A DNA stretch of 63,458 bases, filler included, from Chiloscyllium plagiosum (taxonomy: Eukaryota): the NCBI RefSeq assembly GCF_004010195.1. It is 3 parts of one record of this genome, joined end to end, with 100 filler letters (N's around TTAATTAATTAA, not from the genome) between each part and the next. Parts side by side here need not be neighbours in the genome. Positions count along the whole stretch, not along the records: positions 47,672 to 63,458 come from NC_057712.1; 2 more parts are not named here. One strand, written 5' to 3'. Of the stretch, positions 47,672 to 61,225 are shown one piece after another; within the stretch, counting starts at the first letter, position 1, and the number at the start of each line of letters is the position of its first letter. The translations under genes were made by a program, and so were the position numbers. The notes beneath the pieces are model-generated. The model was not told where the DNA came from. It ran no database searches and saw only the letters and a list, made by a program, of their open reading frames with translations.

Positions 47672-50600
47672 CACCTATGCACAGATGGCCGGAGGTGGCA
47701 ACACGAGCCGTGGACCGCCTAAGACCAACAAGGTACCACAAAACAGCACGGGAACGGTGTCTGGAGGCACCCAGAAGGAAGGGCAGGCTGTAGCGGAGCA
47801 GACGGCAGATAGCGGGGAAGTGCAGCAGCCGATCCAAGCTCCTTCAAGACAGACGGAGGAAATGGAAGAGAAGGGATCAAAGGAGGCAGAGGATTGGATT
47901 AGTGTCAAAAGCAGGAAGAGGAAACCTCTCAAGGCCCCAAAGCCACCCAGCAAGGGGGGAAGCAACACCTACACGACGAGGATACAGGCAGCTCTTCCGA
48001 CGGTGAGGACGGGCACAAGGAGGGTCGTCACCTGAGGAAGAGACAGAGCGCTGCGGGGATAAAGGAGGGCAGCACCGCCCAAGCAGGAAAAGACGATCCC
48101 TCTGAGGGGACGGGTAAAGGCCTCCCCCGACCCGGTGAGAACCAAGTGGTACACACCGGCCCACAGCTCCAAGTAACTGGGAGCAGCGGTCCTGTGACAG
48201 CCCTGCTGTCAGACAGAGAACTGGATGGTGCGGACCCTGGACCCGACCCGAAGACACCAGAGCGGGGAAATGGCTCCAGCGTGGAGCCGGACAGCTACCT
48301 TAGCCCTGGGAGGGTCCAGCAGTTTGCCGTCACCACGGGGGTGCACACAGCTACCCCAAAGGGACAAGACCAGCAGCAAATGGACACTGGTAACCTCGTA
48401 AACTGTGAAAATGGGGTTAAAAATTGCCAGCATCAATGTGCATAGCATCAAATCAGCTACGTGCATTAAAGCCAACATCCTGTTTCTGCAGGAGTGTGGG
48501 ATACCGCACCTCAGCAGCTACAGGAGATGGTCGAGCTTGTGGGCCCATGGGCCGTCAGTTTGGTCGGGGGAGCAATGATAGCCGCGCCTCCGGCCTGTGT
48601 ATCCTGTTGCAAGGAGGCAACTTCACCATCTCCGAGGTTAAGGAGGTGGTGGGCGGGCACCTCCTCGTCACCGACATCATGTACAGGAATGCTCCCCTAA
48701 GACTGATTAATGTGTACACCCCAGTGGGTAAGAGTGAACGGTTGGCCGTCCTGCAGCAGCTTCCACTGTTGCTGGCTACGTCCAGGCCTCCTGCTGGCCA
48801 ACTGTCACCTACAGGACGAGTAGCGGGCTGGTAAGGGAACGTGGAAGGTGAACACAAAGTTGTTGACCTCGGGAAACATTGAGGAGCTCAAGAGGGACTA
48901 CGCAGGTTGGAGAACCACGAAGCCCCTCTTGGAGTCCCCAGCGGACTGGTGGGAAACAGCAAAAGAGAACATCAAGAGGTTCTTCATCCTCAAAGGTGTT
49001 CAGGAGGTGAGAGAGAGGCGGGGAAAACTGTCCCAGTTCCAGGAAAGTATGCAGAACCTGCTCCTGCTGCAGACGATGGGGGTGGATGTCACGGAGGACC
49101 TCAAGGTGGTGAAGGGCCAGCAAGCCTCGCTCTTTGCTTCGGAGGCCTCCAAGATAATCTTCCGTTCCAGGGTCCGCTCAGTGGAGCAGGACGAGATGTG
49201 CTCATGTTTCTTCTTCCAGAAGGTGCACAAAGAGAGCTTTGTGCTCAGCAGCCTGAAGGAAGAAGATGGCTCGCTAACGTCATCTCAGGCTGACGTCATG
49301 GGGATCAGTAAATCCTTCTATGCCAGTCTGTATGACGCGAAGCCAACCGACAGCGCGGCCTCCCAGTCGTTCCTGTCCTCTATCACGGAGGTCTTAAACG
49401 ACAGAACACGGGAGAGGCTGGACCAGCCGCTATCTCTGGATGAGCTGACCAAGGCCCTCGAGTCCTTCGAAAAGAATAAACTCCCGGAAGCGAAGGCTTA
49501 TCGGTCGAGCTCTATTCCACTCTGTGGGACTTGATTGGCCAGGACCAACTGGAGATGTATGTAAGTATGCTTCGGGCAGGTACCATGAGTGAATCCATGA
49601 GGAAAGGCATCATCACCCTCATCTACAAGCGGAAGGGGGAGAGGGAGGAACTCAAAAATTGGAGACCAATCTCACTGTTGAATGCGGATTACAAAATTCT
49701 GTCAAAAGTAATCGCCAACCGGGTCAGGTCTGCTCTGGGGTCAGTGGTTCACCCTGACCAAACCTGTGCTGTACCGGGCAGGAAGATTTCTGAGAGTCTC
49801 ACACTCCTCAGGGACAGAGGGTTGGATACCTGCCTGATCAACCTGGACCAGGATATCACACAGGTATATGAGAGATGTTCTCTCCAAAATGGGCTTTGGG
49901 GGGGGGGGAATCTGCAATTTCATCAGGCAGCTCTACACCAACATTGTCAGTGCAGTCTCAATCAACGGGTGGGAATCAGATAGCTTCCCAATCAGATCTG
50001 GAGTCAGGCAGGGCTGCCCTCTCTCTCCTGCCTTGTTTGTGTGCTGCATAGAGCCATTTGCCGAGTCCATCAGGAAGGATGCGAACCTGAGAGGGGTGAC
50101 TATTCCAGGCAGCGGGGGCCTGCAGGTTAAGGCCTCCCTGTACATGGATGACATCGTCATTTTCTGCTCGGATCCGCTGTCCGTGAGCAGACTCATGTGC
50201 ATCTGTGACCAGTTCGAACGCGTCTCAGGGGCCAAGGTAAACCGAGGCAAGAGCGAGGCCATGCTGTCTGGGAACTGGGCCGACCAATCCTAGATCCCCT
50301 TCACCGTCAGGATCGACCACCTGAAGGTACTGGGTATTTGGTTCGGGGGAGCTGGGGCATGCGCCAAGTCTTGGGAGGAGCTTATCAGCAAAGTGAGGCA
50401 GAAACTGGGCAGATGGAAGCTACAGTCGCTCTCCATCGCGGGAAAAAACCTGGTCATCAGGTGTGAGGCACTGTCATTGCTATTATACGTGGCACAGGTC
50501 TGGCCTATTCCCAGAACCTGTGCAGCTGCAGTCACCCGGGCCATCTTCCAGTTTATATGGAGGTCAAAGATGGACCGGGTCCGAAGGGACTCGCTGTACA

Positions 50601-51194
50601 AAGATCTGGGCAACGGGGGAAAAAATACACCCAATGCCACCCTCAACGCACGTAGTGTCCTTGAGACCCTTCGGGAAAAGGAGAGGGCGGATCCTATCGA
50701 GTGGTTCCCTGAGCAGACTGTCAAAGCCATTTGGCAGAATGCCTCATCGCCAGAACTTTCCAACAAGCACCAAGACATGGCTTGTGCCTGGAGGATCATC
50801 AACTCGGTGAAGGACGCTCTCTGGGCGGTCTGAAACCTGCTGATCTTCCAGCTGAAGGAGTTGACCCCGACTGAGTGTTGCAGACTAGCACATTCCAAGG
50901 TCCGGGACTACGTGTTGAGGGATGTGCTGAAGCTTGGGGCAGCTGCCGCCAAGGTGTGGTGGGGAAAGACCACCGTATAGCATCTGCCTGCCTAAAGAAG
51001 AATAGGGGGCCCACGCAGTCATTTGGGCTCTGCTGATGCCTCAGCTAAAAATGTAATCGTACAGACCTGAAATAGGAATGATTACTCTGTTTCGGTATGC
51101 AAAGAAATGGAATGTTTACATATGTATGGCATGTCCAACTGTACAGACCATCAAATTATTTTATGAATAAAGTATATTTTTTAAATAAAAAAAA
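47672..51194 (+). mobile_element. Tx1/L1-superfamily non-LTR retrotransposon, frameshifted and internally deleted, with 3' A-tail
   Basis: ORF2 start MGLKIASINV at ~48411; LRLINVYTP; TLIYKRKGEREELKNWRPISLLNADYKILSKVIANR; GVRQGCPLSPALF; ASLYMDD; GAKVNRGKS; LSIAGKNLVI; aataaa and A-run at ~51166-51194; basic ORF1 tail at 47685-48035. Confidence 0.88.
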
Positions 51195-51759
51195 TTGATT
51201 TAAAAATAAATAACAATAGTCAGCAGGTCTGGCAGCATCAGTGGATATTGGCTTATCAGAACTTAAGTAAAAATACTGTAGCCCAACATGCATTCCTTTT
51301 ATCACTGGGTATAGTGGTAAATTGGCCATGAGGTATAATAGAACAAGAAATGTGTAAGAAGCAATTTCTATCTGAGGCTGCTAGGAACCTGGGACAGAAT
51401 ATAGTTCAGATGCTGGAAAAAGCAGGAATCGCTGAAGATATTCAGCAGGTCTGGCAACATCTGTGGAGAAAACAAAGTTAATTTTTCAAGTCCAGTTTCC
51501 CTTCTTCCAAGCTATTCTGAAGAAGAGTAATTCGACTTGAAACTTTAACTCTGCTCCAACAACTTCTGCTTTTGTTTCACAGTTCTACTGGGATTGCACT
51601 CCATCTAATGTAAGTGCTATGGCTGGGAAGTTAACACTTTCACCCACACGAGAGAGCCTGTTTTGCAGATTTTCCATGAATTCATTCCATTACAAAGGCA
51701 ACATAAATTCAAGGATATGGTTCTAACAAGAGGTCGAGAATAGCTTGGATATATATGAG

Positions 51760-52420
51760 CACAAGTTGTTGAAGCTGGTTCGACGGTTTGAGAAGCAATT
51801 AAAAACAGGTATGAGTTGTTGCAATTTATAAATGCTGGAGAAGCAAATGATACAAAAATTAAGGAAGTTACAATGAACCTTGATAAAATACTGGTCCAGT
51901 CTTAACTGGAAAATTGTATTCAATTCTGGACAATGTGCCATAGGAAGTGGCAAGGCTTTAAAGACATTTTGAAAAGTCTTTTATAAGAATGTTTCCAAAC
52001 AGAGGAGACTTCAGGTACAGGAGTAGATTGGAGAGTCTAAGGCTATTCTTCTTAGGGAACAATGAAATCTGGTACAAGTAGTCAAATCGTGAGGAGTCTA
52101 GACAGTGTGAACAGAGAGAAACTGGTCATAGTGATGGAAGTTGTCAAGAACTAGAGTTTATAGATTTAAATGAGTGGCAAAAGAACAAAAGGCTACATAA
52201 GGAAAAGCATTTTATTTTTAAGCAGCTAGTCATCATCATTTGGCATGCATTAGCAGATAGTTTGGTGATAACAGCAGATTCAATTGTGGTTTTAATGGGA
52301 ATCAAATAAATATCTGAAAGGAAAGGTTTGTAGGCATACAGAGAAGTGCGAGGAAGTAGAATTAATTAAATTGTATTTGCGATGTACTAGCAAGTCATCA
52401 AATGTACCAAATGGCCCCTT
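51760..52420 (+). mobile_element. Old CR1 3' fragment
   Basis: Degenerate ttgtattcaattctgg, gagtagattggagagtctaaggctattctt and agaactagagttt. Confidence 0.55.
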
Positions 52421-54449
52421 CTATTGCATGTTATTTGCATAATTTGTTGACTCATTGCAACTCAATGAACCCCCACCCCCAGATCTTTCACCAACTGATA
52501 TATGGCAGAAGTCCTGTGGATGCCTCTGTAAAAGACCAAGAATATGTCAGAAGTAATCAATCATACAGTGATTCATCATCTTTCTTTAAAAGATCTCCTT
52601 ATCTACATTAGGCCACCAATAATCCTTGGAATTCCCCAGGTGGTCTACATTACTTATTGCCAGGAGCTGGAGATATGTTTGCCTTAAAAGTAGATAATAA
52701 TAGTTGACAGGTCTGGCAGCATCAGTGGAGCGCAAAACATAGTTAATGTTTCACAACTATGACTTTTTATCAGAACTATTAAAAGTGAGTAATACAATAC
52801 ATTATAAGCAAGTGAAAGTTGAAAGGGTGGTAACAGGAGGGAAGTTCTGTTATCATGTGGATGGGAGGTCAGGACTTCACTACTGCATCTAGTTCTGATC
52901 ATTCTAATGAAAAAAATAGAGTCACTGGAGAGAACACAGGGATTATTTACAAGGATGATGGCAGAGCTGTGTAGGTATACATATCAGGAAAGGATTGATG
53001 GGCTGGATTTCTTGAAAAAATGATCATGAGGTGACAGAGTAGGCATCTTTCAAAATTATGAAAGGTTTTGGAAGAGTGAGTACAGAAAGAATGGTTCCTC
53101 TTGCAGGATAGAAGATAAAGAAAAGCCATCAAAATAAGTTAGTCACTAAACAATCCAAGAGGGAATTCAGAGGAAACTTCTGTACACAAAGAGTGGTGAG
53201 TATGTGAAACTAGGGAATAACTCAGCAAATATAATATCTGCATACAAGCAGAAGCTACACAAGCATACAAACAAGAAAAGTTACGGTCATAAATTTAATG
53301 AGGAAACTGTTTGGGCTGAATAGTCTGTTTTTATGCTATTCATTCCTATATAAATTAGAAAAAGAAGATGTTGGTGCAAGGGCAAAGTGAGTGGTGATGA
53401 GATGAGTAAAGGAATAAGATGGGTCTAGAGGAGGCACAAATGGCAAACAATTAACAGTGCTGTCCAAAAGTGATCAAAGGACAAAATTAAGGAGAGAAAA
53501 GTCAAATCCTGGGGGCTGACTTTTTCAGGATCCTTGAACTCCTACTGCCAGTACTGAAAGCAAGACAAAACTTCATTTCAGTGGACAGGGGGACATTGGG
53601 GTGATATGTTACTGATAAGGGCTGATTCTGAGGTTGTCACGGAAACCAGCATCCAACTGAGGATGATGACTGTCTGCCCCCAAGAGCTGCCTGTTCTCTT
53701 GGAAGCAACTTGACAGCCTCTGCAATATCACTGCTAGCAGTGGTAAATGTTGAGGCTGTAAAGTCAGGAAGATGGTGCAATGACAAGGAATTCTCAAAGA
53801 TCAAAGGATAGAGGTTGATATTGTGATCTGAAAGTTTGGAAGGCTGCAAGAAGTCTTGAGATCATATTGAGCTTCTTTAGGACATTACATAAGGCCAATG
53901 ATAAAGGTCAAAGTGAGAAAAAGAAAATAATTAAAATTATAGGTGATCAGATGCTGAGGGTGATGGGGGAAAGGGACTGGGGGTGTATGCTAGTTGACTG
54001 AATAGCATTGTTGCATACAGCAGATACTTCTGATAATCACTTAGATGCTTAGAAACTATCCTCAATAACAGCACAATATTTTGCATTTATGTTGCAGCTT
54101 TCATCTTGCAAAATCTCCTATAGCATGCCTCAGGAGCATTTTAAAACACAAGTTTGCACCAAATCACACAAGGAAGTAATCAGCCAAGTGATGAAATGTG
54201 CGCTCAAAGACATTATTTCAAAGGGATAACTTAAAGGTAGAGAGATGTAGTGAGGAAATTCCAGAGTTTAGTTCTTAGATAGGTAAAGGCACAGCTGAAA
54301 ATAAGGGCAAAGAGCTAGAGATGCATAAGAGGCCAGGATCAGAAAAAAAAAATATTCTTAAGTGATTGTAATGCAATGGGAAATAGCTAAAATAGATGCA
54401 ATCCTTATTTCCCTCTAAAAATGCATAAAAGAAAACCAAGTAGAGTCAG

Positions 54450-55800
54450 CATGGGAGCTTCATGAAGGGAAAATCATACCTGACCAATTTATTAGAACTC
54501 TTTGGGGGGTAACAAGCAGCATAGATAGAGGGGGACCAATGTGTGTAATATATGTGGAGTTCCAAAATGCACATTTGATAATGCCACTTAATCAGACAAG
54601 AGCATGGATATTAGCATGGATAGAGGTTTGGTTAACTAATAGAAAACAGAGAACTTGGTAAAGGTGGCATTTTCAAAATGGAATAGTGTAGTGCCACAGA
54701 GACCAGTGCTGAAGCAACATTATTTTTAATATATATTATTAATTTGGGTTGTAGAAATGAACTTAGAATCTTTAAGTTTCCAGAAGTAATAACATTTTCA
54801 GATGAAAGGTAATGTGGGAAGATGTGAGGTTATGTACTTGACAGGAAGAATAGAAGGACTCAATATTATTTAAATATCAGAAGACTTCAAAAAAACTTCA
54901 ACACAGAAGGATATGGGGGTCCTCATGCATAAATCACAAAATAGCAAGCTTATAAGCTCAGTGGGTAACAGGGAAGGTGAATGAAGGCCTTTATTTCAAA
55001 TGGAATGAAGTATAAAAATAAGGAACTCTTCAAAAACTACACAAGGCACTAATCAGACCACAGCTGAAATACCGCGATTAGTTTTGTGCTCCCTTATCTG
55101 AGAAAAGATATACTGGCATTGAAGGTAGTCCAGAAGAAGTTGACAAGATTCTGGGAATGGGGGTGCAATCTTTTCAAGAGAGGATGACCACATAGAACTT
55201 ATGATTTGGAGATGCCGGGTGTTGGACTGGGGTGTACAAAGTTAAAAATCACACAACACCAGGTTATAGTCCAATAGGTTTAATTGGAAGCACACTAGCT
55301 TTCGGAGCGACGCTCCTTCATCAGATGGTAGTCACCTGATGAAGGAGCGATACTCCGAAAGCTAGTGTGCTTCCAATTAAACCTGTTAGACTATAACCTG
55401 GTGTTGTGTGATTTTTAACTAACCACATAGAGCTTGTACTCATTGGAGTTTAAACAAATGAGGGGTGAACTTAGTGAAACATAAAAGAATCTTGGGGTGG
55501 GGGACACGGCTTGACAGGGTAGTATGGGAAAGTCTCGAACTAAAGGGCGTAATTTGAGAGCAAGAAATCATCTTTTGGTAGAGAATTGTCTTCTCTCGGT
55601 GATAGTAAATCTGTGGAAGGTTTTAACACAGAGACTAGGACGTTCAGAAAATTCAAGGCTAATGCAGACAAATCTTTGGTCAGTAAGGGAATCAAATGTT
55701 ATGGGGATAAAGCAGAAAAATGGAATTGAGAATCATCAGAACAGTCACAAACTTGTTGACTCAATGGAGCAAACGATCCCAATTCTACGGTCTTATTCCG
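54450..55800 (+). mobile_element. Old CR1 RT/3' fragment carrying the 55.2-kb hairpin insertion
   Basis: agtcagcatgg..ttcatgaagggaaaatcatacctgaccaatttattaga, gcatggatagaggtttggttaac and aaggcactaatcagaccacagctg. Confidence 0.65.
55201..55421 (-). mobile_element. Palindromic mini-Penelope with 14-bp TSD (one mismatch)
   Basis: Same family as 7841-8046; ACCACATAGAACTT at 55187-55200 and ACCACATAGAGCTT at 55422-55435; CTGATGA..GAAA cores on both strands. Confidence 0.85.
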
Positions 55801-55829
55801 ACAAATTTAGCAGGCAATCAGCGGCATGA

Positions 55830-56820
55830 ATTAGGAGCAAATTACTGCAGATGCTGAAATCTAAACTGAAAACAAAAAGATGCTGGAGATCACAATGGGT
55901 CAGACAGCATCCATGGAGAGAAAGCAAGCTAACCTTTCAAGTCTAAATGACTCTTCATCAGAGTTGAAGTGAATATGGAGGAGGCAGCATTTATGCTATA
56001 GTGGGAGGGGGGAAGGGAAGAAAGGGTGACAGAGAATGTAACAAGCAAAGATAAAAGAAAGGGGAGGAATGGGTTCACAACTTGAATGCGCTGACCTCAA
56101 TACTGAGCTCAGAAGGTTGTGAACTGCCTACTTTGAAGATGAGGTGTTGCTCCTCCAGTTTGCGCTGTGATCCGCTGGAGCACTGCAGCATATCAAGGGC
56201 TGACAAGTGGGCATGTGAGCAAGACACTGTTTTAAAATGACCGGCTATGAGAAGGTCAGGGTCATGCTTGCACACAGACCAGAGGTCTTCTGCAAAGTGG
56301 TCACCCAGTCTGCGTTTGGTTTCACCAATATAGAATAGGCCATATTGGGTGCAGCAAATACAATACAAAAGATTGGAGCAGGTACAGGTGAAATGTTGCC
56401 TCTGTTTAGGAAGACTGTTTATGCCCTTGGATAGTGAGCAGGGAGGGGATAAAGGGTCAGGTGTTGCATATTTTGTGGTTACGTGGGAAGGTGATATGGA
56501 AGGTGGGTGGTGTTGGTGACTGAAGAATGGACTAGTGGTCCCAAAGGGAATGATCCCTGCAAAATGCAGATGGGGGACTGAGGGGAAAATGTAGTTAGTG
56601 ATGGCATTATGCTGGAGTTGCCTGAAATGGTGGAGAATGAACCTTTGAATACGGAGACTGGTGGGGTGAAAAGTGAGAACAAGGGGGACCCGATCACGCT
56701 GTTGTGAGTGATGGGAATAGGGAAGGATGGAAGCATGGGTGATAGGTTGGATGTGGTTGAGGGCCCTGTCAACCACAGTGGGCGAGGAACCATGGTTATG
56801 GAATTGCTGGAAATTCCCCT
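55830..56820 (-). mobile_element. Penelope-like element 3' part with GIY-YIG endonuclease remnant
   Basis: DRVPLVLTFHP...FTCTCSNLLYCICCTQYGLFYIGETKRRLGDHFAEDLWSV...RKLEEQHLIFKVGSSQPSEL; pLTR with ctgatgaagagtc..ttgaaag at ~55830-55965. Confidence 0.88.
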
Positions 56821-59199
56821 CTCTTGTACTGTACAGCAGCATTGTATTCCCAGAATTTCATTCCATAACTCACTATTTAAGTTAACTGAATACATCAAGT
56901 GCTCATGTCACAATGTAATGTTACGTTACACAGAAGGCTCATGACATGCCGAATTGGCTGGCGTTCCCAAACAGATCAGGAGATTAAGGGACAAGTGGGT
57001 CTCTCTCATCATTTATGATAAGGAGGCTGGTAAATTTACAACTGCCAGTATTGCTACTGTGCAAGTTCTTCATGACAGCAGTAATTGTTTCAGAGTACTG
57101 TGAAAATGCCTTAACCTGCACAAAATGTGGAACTATGATTCTGATAAGAGAACCAGGTATAGTAACGGGTAACCAGAACATGAATTTTGCATTTCCATGG
57201 CCTGAATTAAACAATCATGTAAATGTAAAATTGTCCAAAGAAACAATCTACACTATTTATTTTGATGGTCTTGAAGGAAACTTCAATTCAAGCCAAACTG
57301 AGTCAACATGAATGTAATGTAATGGATATATTGCATTACTTCCCCAATGTATTGTTATCTCTGTGATTGATCGGAAATTAATCTCAGAATTTTACAGCTG
57401 TGTTGGAAATCTTCAACATTGAATATAAACAAGGGAGAATTATTGCTCTGATATGTGATTGATTTTTAGCTTTATTTTGAAGTTGTTTTATAATCAGTCC
57501 TTCAGACCACAATCTCCATGCTAACCACACTTTAGCTTGAAATTCACTAAATGATTTTTAAAAATCTTAAACATGAAGAGATAACTCAGAATCCAAATAA
57601 ATATACAAGACATATCTGATTATATCTCAGCAATTAAAGGGAATAGAGATTAACATCTTCAAGTTTGTCTTACTTTTAGAATAAATAATTTTAAAATAAC
57701 AGACAGGAAACCACAGGGTTACACAGCTTTAACATAGAAATAGCAAAGGTTGATTTATTAGAAGAGCTATGCAATTTAGGAGAAAGATAATTAAAGCATG
57801 AAAGCTAGCTTTGTGACTATGAACTGATTATTACTGTTTTATTTTATCTTTGTCCATTTCCATTTAATTATTCTGGTCTTTATGCAACTGTTTCTTATTA
57901 CACTGTTGAACTCTCTTGTTAATTTTTCAACTTGCTGTGACATGTCTTTGAACTTGATATTGATTGTGCATAAAGAATATTGCCCTGATTCAGATAGTAA
58001 ATCAATGCGTAGTCCCGATGGCTCAACAGGTAAATCCACCATATGATGAACTCCCATATAGATTCACGGGAGTACTCCTGGAGAGACTACAAAGGACCTT
58101 GCTTCAGTACTGTGCTGGCTTAGCTGTTATCAATTATGGAAATGGTGGAATGCTGCACACATGGGGCTGAAAGTCAAGTGTTACAGAAATCAAATGTCTC
58201 ATTTTCTGATCTGCTCTTCTGTCAAGTGAGACTGCACAATGGAATTCTCATATTTTCAGAATTCAGATGTGGTTGGTATTAGACAAATGACAGCGCAAAT
58301 TATTGTAATCATAGAAGTCCTAATGTGGAAAAGTAGAGGACTCGCAGTTTTGAGAGCCTGACAACTTCCATTCAAAATTACTGCTTCCATTGATGACCAT
58401 CATGTAGAGACAGTGTTTAATGAATCTGCAGATAAGTCTCTGAGGTAAGCTGTGATGTTACCATGATTTCAGTGGTCATGAGTTGGTGTTCTGATAAAAA
58501 GTGAAATCCTGTATAACTCAGAGCAAGTTTTACCATTATGTATACGATAATAGTAGTCATAATTTAACACTTGCTAAGAAATCTGGCTTGAGCTTGTATA
58601 TTGGCCAAAATAACCCACACTAGAACTATATCAAACATGTCTAAAGCACAAAGCTGATTCAATAAATTTAGAAGTCTGCACCTGAATTACATTAGCCTAC
58701 AACATAAGTACACATGACTCACTGGCCTATGACAATAGCTGTTTCCAATGCCATGATTAAGAGACATTTTAATTTAAATAATCCTTTATATTGTCCTGTG
58801 TCCCTACTCCCTAATGACAGCAGCCCCCCACCTCCTCACTACACTGAATCTACTGGAGGCCAATTTGAACCACATTAGTCATGAGAACAAAGAATTAATT
58901 GCACAAAGATTGAATGAAAATAGAAGGGAGGGTTTTTCCCTAGGTAAAGAGATCAATGCTGGCATTCATGATTTTCCAAACAACGGATTCCTGCTCCTCC
59001 TCTACCATCACAGTCCATGGCTCTACTGGTTTTAGCCAATTTTAGTGAGATGGATATTGACAGTTGTAGGATATTATTTTGCCCTTGGGTATTAATAGAG
59101 CTTATATGAAGCTTGTACAGGTCTACAATGAATGAAAAATCATTCTTATTAGAATATTAATTACACTGTATACCTTCTCATAGGGGCATTTATCACTAC

Positions 59200-59530
59200 A
59201 CCACTTACCCAAGTGTACCAACAATGTTGCTGGACTAATAATCGAGAAACCCCAATGTTCTGAGGACATGTGTTTGTGATAGCAAAATTGGAATTTAATA
59301 AAAATCTGTAATAAAAAACTTGCCTAATGGGAAACCATGTAACCACTGTTAAATATTGGAATCTGATTTACCGATGTCCTTTAGAGAAGGAAATCTGTCA
59401 TCCTTACCTGGTCTGACATACATGTGACTCCAGGCCCACAATGTAATTGATTATTAACCACACCCAAGGCAGTTAGGGATAATAATTCTGGCCTCCCTAG
59501 AAACACCCACATCCTGTGAACAAACAAATT
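59200..59530 (+). mobile_element. Old SINE-like repeat (same family as 6335-6670)
   Basis: Shared diverged blocks with the 6.3-kb copy. Confidence 0.5.
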
Positions 59531-60944
59531 ATAAGCCTGTATTGCATAAATGCTACATGTGATATTTATGTGCCGAGTAAGGGCGTTAATGCCAAGTGGA
59601 ACCAGAACAAGAACCAAATGCTGTCAGTACCCAATTTGCAGGAAGCCATGCCCTGACTTTCTCTACTCTGGTATTCAAGGATGACCACTAGCATCCTATT
59701 CCAAGGAAATGAAATTCCCTCTGCCTCTGGTCCCTCCTGCAGTTCAGCTCTGTTTCTTTACTTTCTCTGCCATTTTGCCATCAAGTTTACAAGCAGTTTT
59801 CAGATGGTAACCATTGAAGGTGAGTGATGCAATATGACTCAATTTGCAGGCCTTGATTTGTGTCAATAAGTGAGCATGCATGATATAGTTTTCTTTTATT
59901 ATGATGCGTTTAGCTATAATGCCCAATGAAAGCACTCAGACTTTAAATTCTAAGTTGCAATTGAATGCATGCCAGATTAGAGTATGAGTCTGCATAACCA
60001 ACAGAACAAATGAATGACCAGTGGATAGACAAGAAAATCTTATAGTGTACATAATTGGGGGATCGAGTCGGTCAATCCTTTTATTGCAGGATTTTACTTG
60101 GTAGTTTCTATAAAACATGGTACAATCTCCATATTTTTCCCCAGTCATGAGATAGGGTCATAGATGAGCCATTACCATCCACCTAGGACCATCGCTAGTT
60201 GCTGCTGAGTGTCAAGCAGGGCATTTTATTTCTCACAATCGCTACTATAAGCTGCAGAACCTTAACTTTACCAATCAAACAAGGAGCAAAGCTAACATAG
60301 CCCACTCTCTACAGTACCCAAATCATCATATATGAAGTTCTGTGCCGTGATAAAACCGGCCCTTTAGCCTGAACATCGGTGAAAACCTACACAACTTATT
60401 CATTGTGCTGAAAATTAATTTGTAAGATGGTTCCATTCACATTATTATTACATATAAGTTTGCTTTGATGAAAGATATGCTGGTTCTGACATTGAACTAT
60501 TGCTACTAGAATTTGAACTTGGGACATTGACAGAATTTATGATGCTGATTTATGATGCCTGAATAAATCAAATTCTGTTTTTATTATCCGGGATTTCAAG
60601 ACTTTTATTGTTGCTTTGAGCATTGAATTCTGCAATTCCATCCATTTTGCTGTATAAAAACTATAAATAAGTGACTTTGGCTGCTGTGGTTTAAGAGGCG
60701 CCAGTGTCTCTTCATAACTAATATATTATAACTTACAGGTGCCTGGATTCTTATTCAGACATTTCTCCAATACGTGAACTACACATTGTAAACTGAGCAC
60801 AGGCGGTTCTACAACCTTAGAAATAATTGAGAGAGCAGGCTCACAAAAGTAAGTCTATCAGTATTGACATGAATAAAGATTCTGTGAACATTAAATGAAA
60901 GTTATTTTACCCCTTGTTGCATTCATTGCTGTGATTGTTTTAAT

Positions 60945-61225
60945 AATGCTCTCATCCAACTTCTCCCGCCAGGCAGAAGATACAGAAGCTTGAACACACA
61001 CCCAACAGGTTCAAGAACAGTTTCTTTCCTGCTGAAACTCTCCAATTTCAAATAACGTGATTTTCCTAATATTGTTCTTGTTTTGTCCACCTCCTGTGCT
61101 GCTATAACTTTGTATGCATCGCTCTGTCTAAGCACCCTATGATCTGTGTGCCCTTGTTTGCTGTGATCTGCCCATACTGCTTGCAAAACAAACCTTTTCA
61201 CTGTATTTAGGTACATATGACTACA
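60945..61225 (+). mobile_element. Rex1/Babar- or L2-type LINE 3' end
   Basis: ggcagaagatacagaagc...aggttcaagaacagtttctttcc ORF-end motif (GRRYRS...RFKNSFFP), aataaa and (aaatc)n tail. Confidence 0.6.

Noticed and set aside
56984..58170. Several 70-100 aa ORFs in unique-looking sequence
   Set aside because: No recognisable domain or consistent splice framework; length expected by chance.
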